From: Chiloscyllium plagiosum
Taxonomy: Eukaryota
Direction: 5' to 3'
DNA: 64,000 nt
Assembly (NCBI RefSeq): GCF_004010195.1
Contig: NC_057751.1
Location: forward strand, 4,534,161 to 4,598,160
Positions 1-12,411 of this stretch are shown here, piece by piece. Made by a program: the position numbers and the translations under genes. Each line of letters starts with the position of its first letter. Position 1 is the stretch's first letter. Below the pieces are notes generated by a model. The model made no database searches and was not told the DNA's origin. It saw only the letters and a list, made by a program, of their open reading frames with translations.

Positions 1-1741
1 GTCAACAGCACAAACATGGAAACAGAATCCTGCAAAAATGTACTCCCCAATTGTCAGTCCATTTTGCTGAACTGCCGGAATTGTGCAGGAGAGGGCTCGC
101 TCACTGAGGCAACACCACCCTCTTGTGGACACAAATTGTCGGTGCGACCTTGCACCCTTCTCTTTGCCCAGTTCCTGATGAAGGGGCAGCGCTCTGAAAG
201 CTTGTGATTTCAAATCAACCTGTTGCACTATAACCTGGTGTCGCGTGACTTCTGACCTGATGAGATGGCGACAGCGATCGCTCTGCAGGAGGCTTCACTC
301 GGGGAAGGCAGATGTGGGTCTCACTGTCTCCTCGTCTGTCCTGACTCAATGCCGAGCTCTCTGGCCCCCATGTCTCCGAAGGTCACGGCTTCAGGTCCCC
401 CTCCTGCCCCTGGGTTTGGGCTGAGAAACGGAGGGCAGGGCTCAGGGAGTGCTGCACTGTCAGTGGGGACGGGTGCCCGCTTTCAGAGGAGATGCAGCCA
501 GCCCCAGTTGGAAATGTGAATGAACGAGAGACGACTGGGCAAGGCCACAGGGTTGAGTGAGGCATCATCTGTGCAGAGGAGACCAGAGTCAGTTGGTGTT
601 TCCGTTCTGTGAACGGATTCCTAGCCCCTGGTCACTGATTGATTGTTGTAAACACCAGCTCACGGGTTCACCAACGTCCTGAGGGGAAGGAAATCTGCCA
701 TCCTCACCTGGTCTGGCCTACATGTGACTCCATACCCACACCAAATGTGGCTGACTGTGAAGGGGGGGGGGGTGGGGAGCCAGTAGAGGGTTAACCGTGA
801 TTAGGATGTGAGCAAACAGTTACTTTGCAAAGACTGTAGACCCTTCCCTCCTTTTCTGAATCTAGTGGGCTGTACCTTCCTCCACAACAGCAGCCAGCCC
901 CAGGGACAGGCTTTGCTTTACTATGATGTCCGTATCCCATTCATCAGGCTGAAGGACTCGCAGCACAGAGGATGGTAGAGATGCAACCACTCAAAGACAT
1001 GGATGAGGTGTGTCCTTGCAAGGCAAAGACTGTTGGGAGATGGAATTGGAATAGTGACGTGGATGTTTTTGACCAGTGCTCTGGACCTCTCGGACTTGAT
1101 GAAAGATTGAACTCTATTTTATTTTTCGCACACTGGCTACCCAAGCCACTGAGCTCCTGCCACTGGGCAGCACTGCCCTGCTCTCGGTCCACTGATGATT
1201 GGAGGACCTTGTACATTGGCCTGACAGGGCAGGGGCACAAATTGCTGCATCTCCTCTGAAAACGGGCACCCGTCCCCACTGACAGTGCAGCACTCCCTGA
1301 GCCCTGCCCTCCGTTTCTCAGCCCAAACCCAGGGGCAGGAGGGGGACCTGAAGCCGTGACCTTCGGAGACATGGGGGCCAGAGAGCTCGGCATTGAGTCA
1401 GGACAGACGAGGAGACAGTGAGACCCACATCTGCCTTCCCCGAGTGAAGCCTCCTGCAGAGCGATCGCTGTCGCCATCTCATCAGGTCAGAAGTCACGCG
1501 ACACCAGGTTATAGTGCAACAGGTTGATTTGAAATCACAAGCTTTCAGAGCGCTGCCCCTTCATCAGGAACTGGGCAAAGAGAAGGGTGCAAGGTCGCAC
1601 CGACAATTTGTGTCCACAAGAGGGTGGTGTTGCCTCAGTGAGCGAGCCCTCTCCTGCACAATTCCGGCAGTTCAGCAAAATGGACTGACAATTGGGGAAT
1701 ACATTTTTGCAGGATTCTGTTTCCATGTTTGTGCTGTTGAC
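1..1741. repeat. Near-perfect inverted repeat, arms 1-498 and 1244-1741, 745-bp spacer (left arm may continue off-window)
   Basis: Position n pairs with 1742-n; ORF-track translations 16..207/1535..1726 differ by one residue and 265..519/944..1477 are identical over the arm. Confidence 0.95.
175..258 (+). mobile_element. Penelope-like element terminal fragment (family B) with hammerhead-like motif; mirror copy at about 1484-1567 (-)
   Basis: CCTGATGAAGGGGCAGCGCTCTGAAAGC...ACCTGTTGCACTATAACCTGGTGT; related sequence at about 11460-11570, 12836-12865, 37650-37710 and 38770-38840. Confidence 0.6.
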
Positions 1742-1784
1742 TTATTCCTCAATTAAATTCACTAAAACGGACACGCTGATCATT

Positions 1785-1937
1785 CTCAATGGGTGGTTGT
1801 GGGATCTTACTGTGCACAACTGGCTGCTCTGTTTCTTCAAAACAAGTGTGTCTACCCTTCCTACAGCACCACACTGGCTGCAAAACACCCATGGATTGTC
1901 CCGAGGATGTGACTGGAGCTGTAGAAATGTAAGCTCT
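1785..1937 (+). mobile_element. Degenerate Deu-domain SINE (SacSINE1/AmnSINE-like) 3' part
   Basis: GGGATCTTACTGTGCACAACTGGCTGC core and GCTGTAGAAATGTAAG tail resemble the DeuSINE consensus as I recall it. Confidence 0.45.
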
Positions 1938-2029
1938 GTCCTCAGTGACTTGTCCAGGAGCTGCAGGTGGAGATGTTTGGTTGCCGAAAATTTGGAACTT
2001 GATGGACCGCTTTCCAAACCCACAGCCAT

Positions 2030-2295
2030 TTCCATCTAGAAGGACAAGGGGCAGCAGATACATGGGAACACCACTCCCTGCAAGTTCCCCTCTGAGCGTC
2101 TCACCATCCTGACTTGGAAATATATCCCATTCCTTCACTGTCACTGGGTTAGAATCCTGGAATTCCCTCCCTCAGGGCATTGTGGATCTCCCCACAGCAC
2201 ATGGACTGCAGCGGTTCTAGAAGGCAGCTCACCCCCACCTTCTCAAGGGGCAACTAGGGATGGGTAATAAATACTGACCCAGCCAGCGATGCCTA
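2030..2295 (+). mobile_element. LINE 3' fragment (CR1/L2-group); related copies at about 3291-3418(-), 4095-4362, 36095-36291, 37425-37640(-) and 55440-55560
   Basis: Recurrent catgggaacacca...ctggaattccctccc...aaggcagctcaccc...ggatgggcaataaat block. Confidence 0.75.
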
Positions 2296-3074
2296 TAGAA
2301 TGGACTGGACTATACTGGAAAAACAGCTTTCCGCACTGATCCCAAAAATTCCACCTCAGCCAGAATCAAAAAGCCTTCACCCACTGCTCTCTGGATAATA
2401 CAGTGAACAAACCGAGCTCCCCAGCACAAGGAGCAGTAACTGCTTTGAACTGTTTTGTAAAGCAATCTGCAACAGGCAGGAAATGAGGGTTAATAATCGA
2501 TTGACATGTTTCCAATAACAGCTGTTGCTGGTCTCCCTTCAACATTAGGAGCATTCTCAGGAGCATCTGTGGCCATATGAGCTGCTAATGACATCCTCAT
2601 GTTATTGATCAACACACTCAGTCTTCAAATCCTTCCTGATCCAAACCCTCCCAAAACAGCCTGGAGGGTAAAAAAACCCAAATGATTCACCAAAGGGGAG
2701 GTACCAATATGCAAACATGCTGACACCCACGCACACTCTGAAATTCATAGAGAGAGACACACACAGACACAAACTCATACACACACCCAGCATCATACAG
2801 AAGAGACTCACACATAATGATGCACACAGACAGACACAATGGGACACAGACAAAAATCCTGCACCTCCCTCCACCCAGAGAAAGATGGCATGTGCAGAGA
2901 CACAGGACCCTCCATTACAGCTTGAAACCTGTGATTGAAGGGGCTGCTGCTGGTTCAAGAGGGAGTGAGCTGGAGAGAAAGAGAGAGACTGTTGCAGTCA
3001 CCCCCATTAACCACACGATAGTGGTAGTTTGCTGTCGAGACTAAGATTGCTAGTTCAGGATACACTGACACTGA

Positions 3075-3290
3075 GTGATAGATGCTTGGAATGTGTTGCC
3101 AACAGAGATGGTAGAGGCAGGCACGGTAGATTCATTTAAGAGGCGTCTGGACAGATGCATGAGTAAGTAGGGAGCAGAGGGACACAGATGCTTAGGAATT
3201 GGGCGACAGGTTTAGACAGTGGATTTGGATCAGCTCAGGCTTGGAGGGCTGAAGGGCCTGTTCCTGAGCTGTAAACTTTCTTTGTTCTTT
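3075..3290 (+). mobile_element. CR1-like LINE 3' end
   Basis: tggaatgtgttgcca...tttaagaggcgtctgga (WN.LP...FK..LD) plus gaagggcctgtt tail. Confidence 0.75.
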
Positions 3291-6009
3291 GGCTGGGTCA
3301 GTATTTATTACCCATCCCTAGTTGCCCCTTGAGAAGGTGGGGGTGAGCTGCCTTCTAGAACCGCTGCAGTCCATGTGCTGTGGGGAGATCCACAATGCCC
3401 TGAGAGAGGGAATTCCAGCATCAGCGTTGGAGGAGTGGCTTACTCAAGATGTTTGAGATCAAAACAAATTGAGAACGTGAAATCTCCAAGGCAGAGGAAC
3501 CCAGAACCAGACAAGGCTACCAGAGCTTTGATTCCACTTGGGGGATGTTTGGGATTGGGACTGATCCGATTTTGAAAGGGAATGGTTATCAAGAGATGAT
3601 GAGGCAGAGCTGAGTAGAGCATGGTCTGACGAGATGGTGGAACAGTCTGGGGGTAGGTGCTGAATGGCCTTCTCCTGTAGCAGACTTGCCTCAGGCTCGG
3701 AGATACAGCATCACGCCAGAATCGCATTGCCATAGGCCCATATCAATGACCCTCCTTTCTCACTCACTTTCAGTCCAGCTGTTAACAGAGCTTGGCCTGG
3801 GAAGGGGAAACATTACCAAAAGAGAAAATGCTGGAAAATCTCAGCAGGTCTGGTAGCATCTGTAAGGAGAGAAAAGAGCTGACGTTTCGAGTCTAACTGA
3901 CCCTTTGTCAAAGCTGATGATGTATACTGTGTCCCATTCACACAGCCCCTCGTTATGTCAGACAACTTGCGAATGCAGCCAGATCCAAATGAGTCGTAAT
4001 GAGAACTTGCATTTGCCTTCAATGCAGTGTGCCTCATTGTAACGGGTACGGTACGGGTTACATTTGTAAGATAAACCTTGTTTCTGATGTCATCTTCCAT
4101 CGAGAAGGACAAGGGCAGCAGATACACAGGAACACCATCCCCTTCAAGTTCCTCTGTGAGTCACTCATCATCCTGACTTGGAAATATATCACTGTTTCTT
4201 CATTGTCACTGGGTCAGGATCCTGGAATTCCCTCCCTAATTATGGGTGCCATCACCCCACAGGGACTGAGATGGTTCTAGAAGACAGCCCACCGCTACCT
4301 TTTCAAGGGGCAGTGAGGGACAGATTATAAATGCCAGTGACCCCCACGTCCCCTGAGTGAATAACAGGGAAAATAAATCACTGGGGTCCTTCACTCTGCA
4401 AAGTCCTGACGCCAGTCAATCCTTACTGACCTGCTCAGTCTCCAGTATTAACCCTTCTGGTACAGCAGTGGCTACATTCACCATCAATGTTTCACACATG
4501 GAACCACTTTCAGTTTGAACTCTGGGTTGGTCTTGTCTTTGGCAGTGTTGTGTGTCTGCCCCATTGCAGAGACTGGCTCCCACCAGTGTCCTGTGTGTAT
4601 CCCCTGCGTGTCAGAGACACACAGAGATAAGACATGTCACTAAGGTGCAACTTTAAACTGTCCCTGCAAACAGGAAACAGCTGCTTTGACAGCTCAGTCT
4701 CTTCCAGAGTTCTCTGTGCTTCCTGTAACATCCAGGCTGGAGCAGTCAAGCACAGCGAGCATGGATCAGTCACCAGACTCTCACAATCAAACACAGGTCA
4801 ATCAAACCATTGAGCACTGCTCTTGGAGGGTGGGGTCTTCTGCTTTCATTGGTGAGGGGGAGGGGCTTGGAGGCAGGAAATGGGGAGTTGGTGGTAACGA
4901 CCAACTCAAACCCCAGTCGCTTCCTGGCGCCCCCCTGAATGACAGAGCTGACAGGAGAATCTTCCCACACTGCCCCTGGGAAGTGGCGAGTTGAAGACCA
5001 TGGAAAGGCCCTTCCCTGACTCTGAGGTTAACCCAGCTGAAGGCTGCCTGTTGCCCCTTGTCCAGGGGAAGAGGTGGGGGAGACCTTCTAAATCATATGG
5101 AGCAGCTCCATGCATCAAGCCGCCCAGTGGGATCTTGCTGTGCACACCCTGGTCCTCCACCTCAGCACCCCAAACGCCAAGTGTTGCCCCAGTCTTTGAA
5201 GGGACTGGTTGTCGGGTGACAGAGGGGTTTGAGTTGAGGAGAATGTGCGGGCACTTGGCAGGAGGGGGTGAATGGAACCACCATTTCTGACTGGCGCTGT
5301 GCAGATAGGATATGACAGGAGAGCTCAGCTGAAAGAAGGTTACCCACGCCACAAACACTCACAAGGCCAGTGACACCCAGGGCTGATCGACTGTGATAGG
5401 AATCACATGAGGAGTGCTGCACTGGTTGGCCCTTAAGCTTGCACCCTGAGCAATGCTCTGCTGTGCTGCCTGTCCCCATTAAGGTGCAAAGTCCCATTCA
5501 CCATTACTCTGTTTCTTCACCGATCGGCACTGGCTCCCAATGCTTCCATTGCACCGCTCTCAGCTCTCTCTCGCTTTACAATCGGACCCTTGAATCCTGC
5601 CCCTCTTGATGGCTCTGATTTTTAATTATTTCACTCTTCAAACCAGTGCCATCTGCTCTGGAAGATGCCCCCCTCAGTCTCTGCACATCCCACCGCCCAA
5701 TCCTTCAAGCTGTGCTGTCACCCTGACTGCTTTAGCCCAAGATTTATCCCTGATGTTTCCTTATTTATGGCTCAGTGTCGAATCAGCACAGAGAGATGAG
5801 TGGGTCACCAAGATTCAAGAGATCAACATGAGAGACATGGGTTTGAATTCATGGGACCTCAGCACTAGCTCTCTCCTTCCCTTGTATTGGTGCCAATGGG
5901 ACAGACTCCACCTGAGTCATACTGGGACCAGACTCCTGATGAATTGCATACCTATAGATGTGGTGAGGTCTTCCAACTAAATAGCACGAGGAGGTCATGG
6001 TGAACAGAT

Positions 6010-8205
6010 CTGTTTGAATTCTGTGAGGAGAGAGGGAGTAAGTTAGACAAAGGAGAGCCAGTGGGTGTGATCTACTTGGATTTCCAGAGGGCCTTTGATA
6101 AGATGCTGCACAGGAGGCTGCTGAGTAAGGTAAGAGCCCGTGGTGTTAGGGGCAAGGTACTGGCATGGATAGAGGATCGGCTGACTGGCAGAAGGCAGAT
6201 AGTGGGGAGAAAGGGGTCTTTCTCAGGAATGGCAGCCGGTGACTAGTGGAGTTCCTCAGGGGTTCAGTGTTGGGACCACAGCTATTCACGTTATACACCA
6301 ACGATCTGGGCAAAGGAGCTGAAAACATTGATGCTGAGTTTGCAGGTGACACAAAGACAGGGACAGGTAGTGGCAAGGAAACAGGGAGGCTGTGGAAGGA
6401 CTTGGACAGGCTGGGAGAGTGCACAAAGATGTGGGGTGACACAGGTAGAGGGACAGGTAGTGTCAAGGAAACAGGGAGGCTGTGGAAGGACTTGGACAGG
6501 CTGAGAGAGTGCACAAAGATGTGACAGATGATATACAATGTGGGAAAGTGTGAGGTTATTCAGTTTGGTAGGAAGGATAGAGGCATAGAGTCTTTTCAAA
6601 CTGGGGAAAGGCTTCAGAAATCTGAAACACAAGGGGATTGAGGATTGCCTTAACATTAACTTACAGGGTCAGTGGGCAGTTGGGAAGGTAAATGCAATGT
6701 TAGCATTCATTTCAACTGGGCTGGAATACAAGAGCAGGGATTTACTGCTGGGGCTGTCTAAGGCTCTGGGCAGACCACATTTGGAATATTGTGAGTAGTT
6801 TTGGGTCCCTTGTCGAAGGAAGTTGGAGGAGATACAGAGGAGGGTCACAAGAATAATCCCCAGGATAAAGGGCGTGTCATGTGAGGAGAGGGTGAGGACT
6901 CTGGGTTTGTAATCGATGGGGTTTAGACAGATGAGGGGGAATGTGATGGAAACTGACACGATACTGAGAGATGTGGATAGGGTGGATATGGAGAAGATGT
7001 TTCCACCAGTGGGAGAGACTGGGACCCAATGGCACAGCCTCAGACTGAAGGGACCACCCTCTAGAACTGAGACAAGGGGAAATTTCTTCAGCCAGAGGGT
7101 GGGAAATCTGTGAAACTCTGGAGGCCAAGTCACTGAGTGTTTTTAAAACAGAGATAGATAGGTTCCTGATGAGTCAGGGTGTCAAGGGTTATGGGGAGGA
7201 GACAGGAGAATGGGGTTCAGAAACATATGGGAGAACAAAACAACAAAGAAAATTACAGCACAGGAACAGGCCCTTCGGCCCTCCAAGCCTGTGCTGATCC
7301 ATATTCTCTATCTAAATCTGCTGTCTATTTTCTAAGGATCTGTATCCATTTGCTCCCTGCCTATTAATGTAAATGATGCTATTGTTCCTGCCCCTACCAC
7401 TTCTGCAGGTAGCGCATTCCAGGCACCTACCACCCTCTGCGTGAAGAACTTGTATCTCCCCTAAACTTTTCCCCTCTCACTTTGAACTCATGACCCCGAG
7501 TAATCGAGTCCTCCACTCTGGGAAAACGTTTCTTGCTATCCACCCTGTCTTCCCCCTCATAATTTTGTAGGCTTCAATCAGGTCCCCCCTCCTCCTCCTT
7601 CTTTCCAATGAATATAATCCTAACCTACTTAACCTCTCCTCATAGCTGGCACCCTCCGTATCATCCTGGTGAACCTCTTCTGCACCCTCTCCAAAGCATC
7701 CACATCCTTTTGGTAATGTAGCGACCAGAACTGCACTCAGTATTCCAAATGTGGCTGAACCAAGGTCTTATACAGCTGTAACTTGACCTACCAAATCTTG
7801 TACTCAATACTCCGTCCGATGAAGGAAAACATGCCGTATACCTTCTGGATCACTCTGCTAACCTGCGTTGCCACCTTCATGGAACAGTGGACCTGAAAAC
7901 CCAGATCTCTCTCTATATCTGTACATTTTCTGTATAGTTTGGTTTGGAATTACATCTTCCAAAATGCATCACCTCGCATTTGTCTGCATTGAACTGCATC
8001 TGCTATTTCTCTGCCCAACTCTCCAATCTAACCATATTCTGCTATATTCTCTGAAAGTCCCCTGCACTATCTGCTACCCCACCAATCTTCGTGTCATCTC
8101 CAAGCTTGCTGATGAGGCAACCTTCACCTTCCTCCAAATCATTTATGATTGAATGGTGGAGCAGACTCAATGGCAGAATTGCCTAATTCCCCTCCTCTAT
8201 CTTAT
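6010..8205 (+). mobile_element. Degenerate CR1 LINE RT/3' region (6010-7228 plus tail 8148-8205), interrupted by an antisense CR1
   Basis: VIYLDFQRAFDK, GSVLGPQLF, FAGDTK and RNFFSQRV motifs with stops and frameshifts. Confidence 0.9.
7232..8147 (-). mobile_element. CR1 LINE 3' fragment nested in the 6010-8205 CR1
   Basis: Reverse-complement RT C-terminal motifs (cagccacatttggaatactgagtgcagttctgg) and gaagggcctgttcctgtgctgt tail. Confidence 0.85.
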
Positions 8206-8566
8206 TACACTGACAACAGTGCTCATGCAATGCAATGTGTTATTGGAATGAAGTGGGTGTTGGTGTGCAGTTCATATTATGTCCACCAGGTGTCAGCTGG
8301 AACCACAATGTGACTGATAAAGGACATTCTCAATTCAAAAAACAGACATGACTGAGCTGCCTAAGAAACTGAAGAGAAATTGAACAGGTGTAAAATATAA
8401 CTGGAGACTTCAGAAAACATCTCCAGAGCAAGACACAAAGGAAGTGTCACTGATGTAAAGACCGTATCTTTCTGTATTTTGGATTGTGGACTGAAATGAG
8501 AAGAGACATTTGTTTGAGACCAACTTACCTGATGTTCATTGTAAGTTTTGCTTTCACAGCTGTTTA

Positions 8567-8863
8567 TTAGATTAGATTCCCTACAGTGTGGAAACAGGCC
8601 CTTCGGCCCAACCAGTCCACACCAACCCTCCGAAGAGTAACCCACCCAGACCCATTTCCCTCTGACTAATGCACCTCACTCTATGGGCAATTCAGCATGA
8701 CCAATTCACCTGACCTGCACATCTTTGGACTGAGGGAGGAAACTCACGCAGACACGGGGAGAATGTGCAAACTCCACACAGACAGCCCCCTACGCAGGAA
8801 TCAAACCCGGGTCCCTGGTGCTGTGAGGCAGCAGTGCTAACCACTGAGCTGTCGTGCCGCCCC
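8567..8863 (-). mobile_element. tRNA-derived HE1/V-type SINE, near full length; other copies at about 34918-35228(+), 43225-43458(+) and 63351-63563(+)
   Basis: A box CAGCTCAGTGG and B box GGTTTGATTCC, V-domain TGCAGGTCAGGTGAATTGG, LINE-derived tail and (AATCT)n end. Confidence 0.85.
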
Positions 8864-8994
8864 TATCAGTCAGTGGGATGTCTAGTTATGTCCAGCGGCA
8901 AGTGGCTGATTGGTCTGTGAAATGGTTACAGTTATCACTGCCTCCCGCCTACCAACAGCCATCTGATTGGCTCTCAGGGAGCTGCATCGTTGAT

Positions 8995-9400
8995 AGTCAC
9001 AGAGCTATACAGCACAGAAACAGACCCTTCGGTACAACCCGTCCATGCTGACCAGATATCCTATATTAATGTAGTCCCACTTGCCAGCACTTGGCCCATA
9101 TCCATCCAAATCCTTCCTATTCACATACCCATCCAGATGCCTCTTAAATGTTGCAATTGTACCAGCCTCCACCACTTCCTCTGGCAGCTAATTCCATACA
9201 TGTACCACCCACTGCGTGAAAAAGTTGCCCCTGAGGTCCCTTTTAAATCTTTCCCCTCTCACCCTAAGCCTATGCCCTCTAGTTCTGGACTCCTCTGCAC
9301 CGGGAAAAGACCTTGCCTATTTACCCTATCCAAGCCTCCCACGGTTTTGTAAACCTCTATAAGGTCACCCCTCACCTTCCCACACTCCAGGGGAAACAGG
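8995..9400 (-). mobile_element. CR1 LINE 3' fragment
   Basis: Closely similar to the CR1 3' ends at 29359-29760 and 56515-56900. Confidence 0.85.
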
Positions 9401-11191
9401 TTTGCTTCCAATTAAGTAGATGTCACCGTAACGCGAGAATAATTCCTTTTTAATGCTCTCCCACTTCAACAATTAATTTGCCTCATCTCTTTGCTGCTTC
9501 ACTGCAGTTTTAATGTTACTCAACTGGACAGGAGCTCTCAATCTCCCAGGCTGATGAGATCTTGGTTTTCAGCTCCTCACAGGGGTTCTGAAATCCCACC
9601 CTTTCATCCCTGGCCTGATTTCCTGGACCTCTGTCAATTTGCTTGGACCACATCATCCACTGAGATATCTGCTCATCCCTGCATCTAATTACTTCAGTAT
9701 CAGTATAAGTGCCTTCATCCACGAGGGCACTTATGCAATGGAAATCCCTCCTCAACCTCCCCACCCCACGACTATGCACTTTGCCCCTGGAAGGTGCTCC
9801 TTATAACCCATTCCTTCAGCCCAGCCCTAACTAAGTCACAGTCAAATCTCAGTTTGCTTACGATCTGCTGAAGTGACTCTCTGATGTTAGAGGTGCTATG
9901 TGAATACAACTTGATTTTTTAAATTCACCGCTAATACTTCTTCTACAGGGAGGATCAGATAGCACATGGAATGCGTCAAAACATTTGTGCTGAATTGGCT
10001 GAACAACAGCAAAGTTGGTTACCGGAAACGAGTGATTAGTTCCAGTGAGATGCTGTAAGTTACAGGGTGACAGTGGTTACAATGTGAGGTTTTCAGTTGA
10101 TGGGATGGCATTGAGTCACTCACCATGAGTCATACCACATGATCACAATGTTCTGCTGAAATTGTTGTTTATCTACGTGAGTAGCTGCTGAACCTCTGTG
10201 TCATTGGTATCTGCTTATTGGATAGAAATTTCCAATGGAGCTCAGATTTACTGCCATTTGATGGACTTTGAGCTTGAACATCCTGGTTGATGGGCTTTGG
10301 TGTGTGTGTGTGTGTGTGGAGGGTGGGCAGCTGTCAGCAGATGTGATTGTCAAGCTGATTCAGAGTGCTTCCTTCTCTCCTGGTTATCACTGACAGGCCT
10401 GAGACTGTTTCCTGAGTCTTAGCTTGGAATATCCTTGTCGGCCACAGCCTGGTCACAGGATCGATGAGGGGAGCAAGACAGGGGGGTAAGGAAGACAGAA
10501 GCTCCATTTGTAATGAAACTAAGAGGATGGTGGGGGCACAGTGTGAGACAGCACACTGGGACTGGGAAAAGAGAGTACAGACACTCCCTCTGCAGCTTTA
10601 CCCTCCTCCTGCTCCTCTCTCTCTTTCATGGAACTGATAAAGATAACGACCGCACACTGCAGCGCCTTTTCAGGAACCAACTTCACTCTTGTTCAGCCAA
10701 TTCAGCAATGAAGTTTAATTCCATCACATTCCCAACAAACGGATCTCTTCCCTCCCCTCTCCTCAATCTCTCCAGCTACTCCTGCTTTCCATTGCGTCCC
10801 TGTACCCACCTCACTGTGTCTTGGTGTCTGCCCATGTAATTGCCGATTTCAAAATCACGGCTGCTTTGTAAACACTCCTTTTGAGCCGAGCTTTTGTCAC
10901 TGCAGTGGAATTCCATTCATTTGAGGGAGAAACCCGCAGGTTCTCAGACAGAAACCAGTGATGGTGTTTGATCTGCTCCTGCAGGTAACCCACTCCCTGC
11001 GAAACGAGCTCCACATCCCCCTCGCTCTGTGGGGACAGGAGGTTCCTCTGCTGCATTTCTTTGTGATACTGACGACTGACAGATTCTCATTCTGGCCTTA
11101 ATCCCGATTGGTGACCATCATCTCCCTGTGTCTCTGACCAAACTCTCCCCTCATCTTCAATACCTCCATCTGGTTCATCATTCAGCTCTTC

Positions 11192-11397
11192 AGAGAGGCA
11201 GAGATGGAGAGCGATAGAGAGAAAGAGTGTGTGTGTGAGAGAGAGAGAGATAGAGAGAGAGAAAGGTGAAGGGAGATACTGAGAGAGAGAGAGAGGAAGA
11301 ATGTGAGAGAGAGATAGAGAGATAAAGGGAGAGGGAAAGGTGGAGATTGATAGTGAGTGTGTGTGTCTGTGAGACACAGAGAGAGAGAGAGAGAGGA
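11192..11397. repeat. (GA)n/(GT)n compound microsatellite
   Basis: Direct inspection. Confidence 0.9.
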
Positions 11398-11459
11398 AAG
11401 CCCCAGGAGTGTGCAGTCTTTGCTGACAGGTGTTTAAAGTGACGGATCGCCTCCTATTA

Positions 11460-11885
11460 TGTTTAAAAATCACACAATAGCAGGTTATAGTCAAAACGTG
11501 TGATGGAAAAGCACAGCAGATTTATTTAGTACACTAGCTTTCGGAGTGCTGCTCTTTTGTCAGGTAGCTTGTGGGATGGGATTATAGGACACAGAATTTG
11601 GAGTAAAAGATCAGAGTATGATACAAGTGATGTGATAGATTAAACAAATCTAGATTGCTGGGAAGTCTTTAATCATTTGGAATGGGTATGCGGGTTTCCA
11701 TTGATTAAGATGTAAATCCCAGAACTTCTGTCAAGTCACATTCTCGAGATAACTTACGGTTTTATCAGTATGAGAAAAAGGAGACATTTCAGCCCAGACA
11801 ATGTGTTAAAGGTGTGAGGTTAGAGTCTGTCTGTATCCCAACCTCAGGTCAGACTGTTTCTGTTTCCAAACTCAGAATTTATTAT
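11460..11885 (-). mobile_element. PLE family-B 3' fragment, homologous to 37650-37980
   Basis: Shared aaaatcacacaata...ctagctttc...aaatcccagaacttc...aaaggtgtgaggttaga blocks. Confidence 0.65.
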
Positions 11886-12159
11886 GTTGCAAATCTGTGG
11901 AATCCCCTGCCCAGTGAAGTAGTTGAGGCTGCCTCAATGAATGTTTTTCAGGTAAAAATAGATGTTTGAACGGTAAAGGAATTAAGGGTTCTGGTGAATG
12001 GGTGGGTAAAAGGAGCTGAATTCACAAAAAGACCAGTCACGATCTTATTGAATGGTGGATTAGGCTCGAGGGGCCAGATGACCTACTCCTGCTCCTAGTT
12101 CTTATGTTCTCATGTTGTAAATCAACTTCCACTTTCCACATTTGTCCAAACAAAGGTGG

Positions 12160-12411
12160 GTAAGAGTCAAGTCATCAAACTCCAGCTGGAGACACTGGGC
12201 TGCTCTCCCATTACAGAGACAAAGAGAGACAGACAACTGGGAGGAAAGGGGGGGGGGGGGGGGGGAGAGGTGGTTTCACCTGAGGGTCACCAGGTGAGGG
12301 GAGAGGCTGAGAAAGTGAGTCCTTCGATGGGAATCTCAGCCTGGGCAGGAATTGAACCCCCAGTGTTGGCATAACGCTGCATTGCAAAGCAGCCGCCCAG
12401 CCAGGTGAGCT
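12160..12411 (-). mobile_element. tRNA-derived SINE
   Basis: Reverse complement shows A box-like AGCTCACCTGG, B box GGTTCAATTCC, then TGGTGACCCTCAGGT and a (CT)n core. Confidence 0.6.

Noticed and set aside
2602..2660. CFGR... peptide after a strong acceptor, reminiscent of natriuretic peptides
   Set aside because: It lacks the DRI and GLGC ring consensus and the correct cysteine spacing.
8780..8863. tRNA-like A/B boxes as tRNA genes
   Set aside because: They are SINE heads followed by SINE core and LINE-derived tail.
9949..10054. Plus-strand segment with good splice sites (ttcttctacag / gtaagt); also a 14-nt one at 20821-20834
   Set aside because: The first has stops in all three frames from the acceptor; no partner exons or homology, so unsupported without RNA data.
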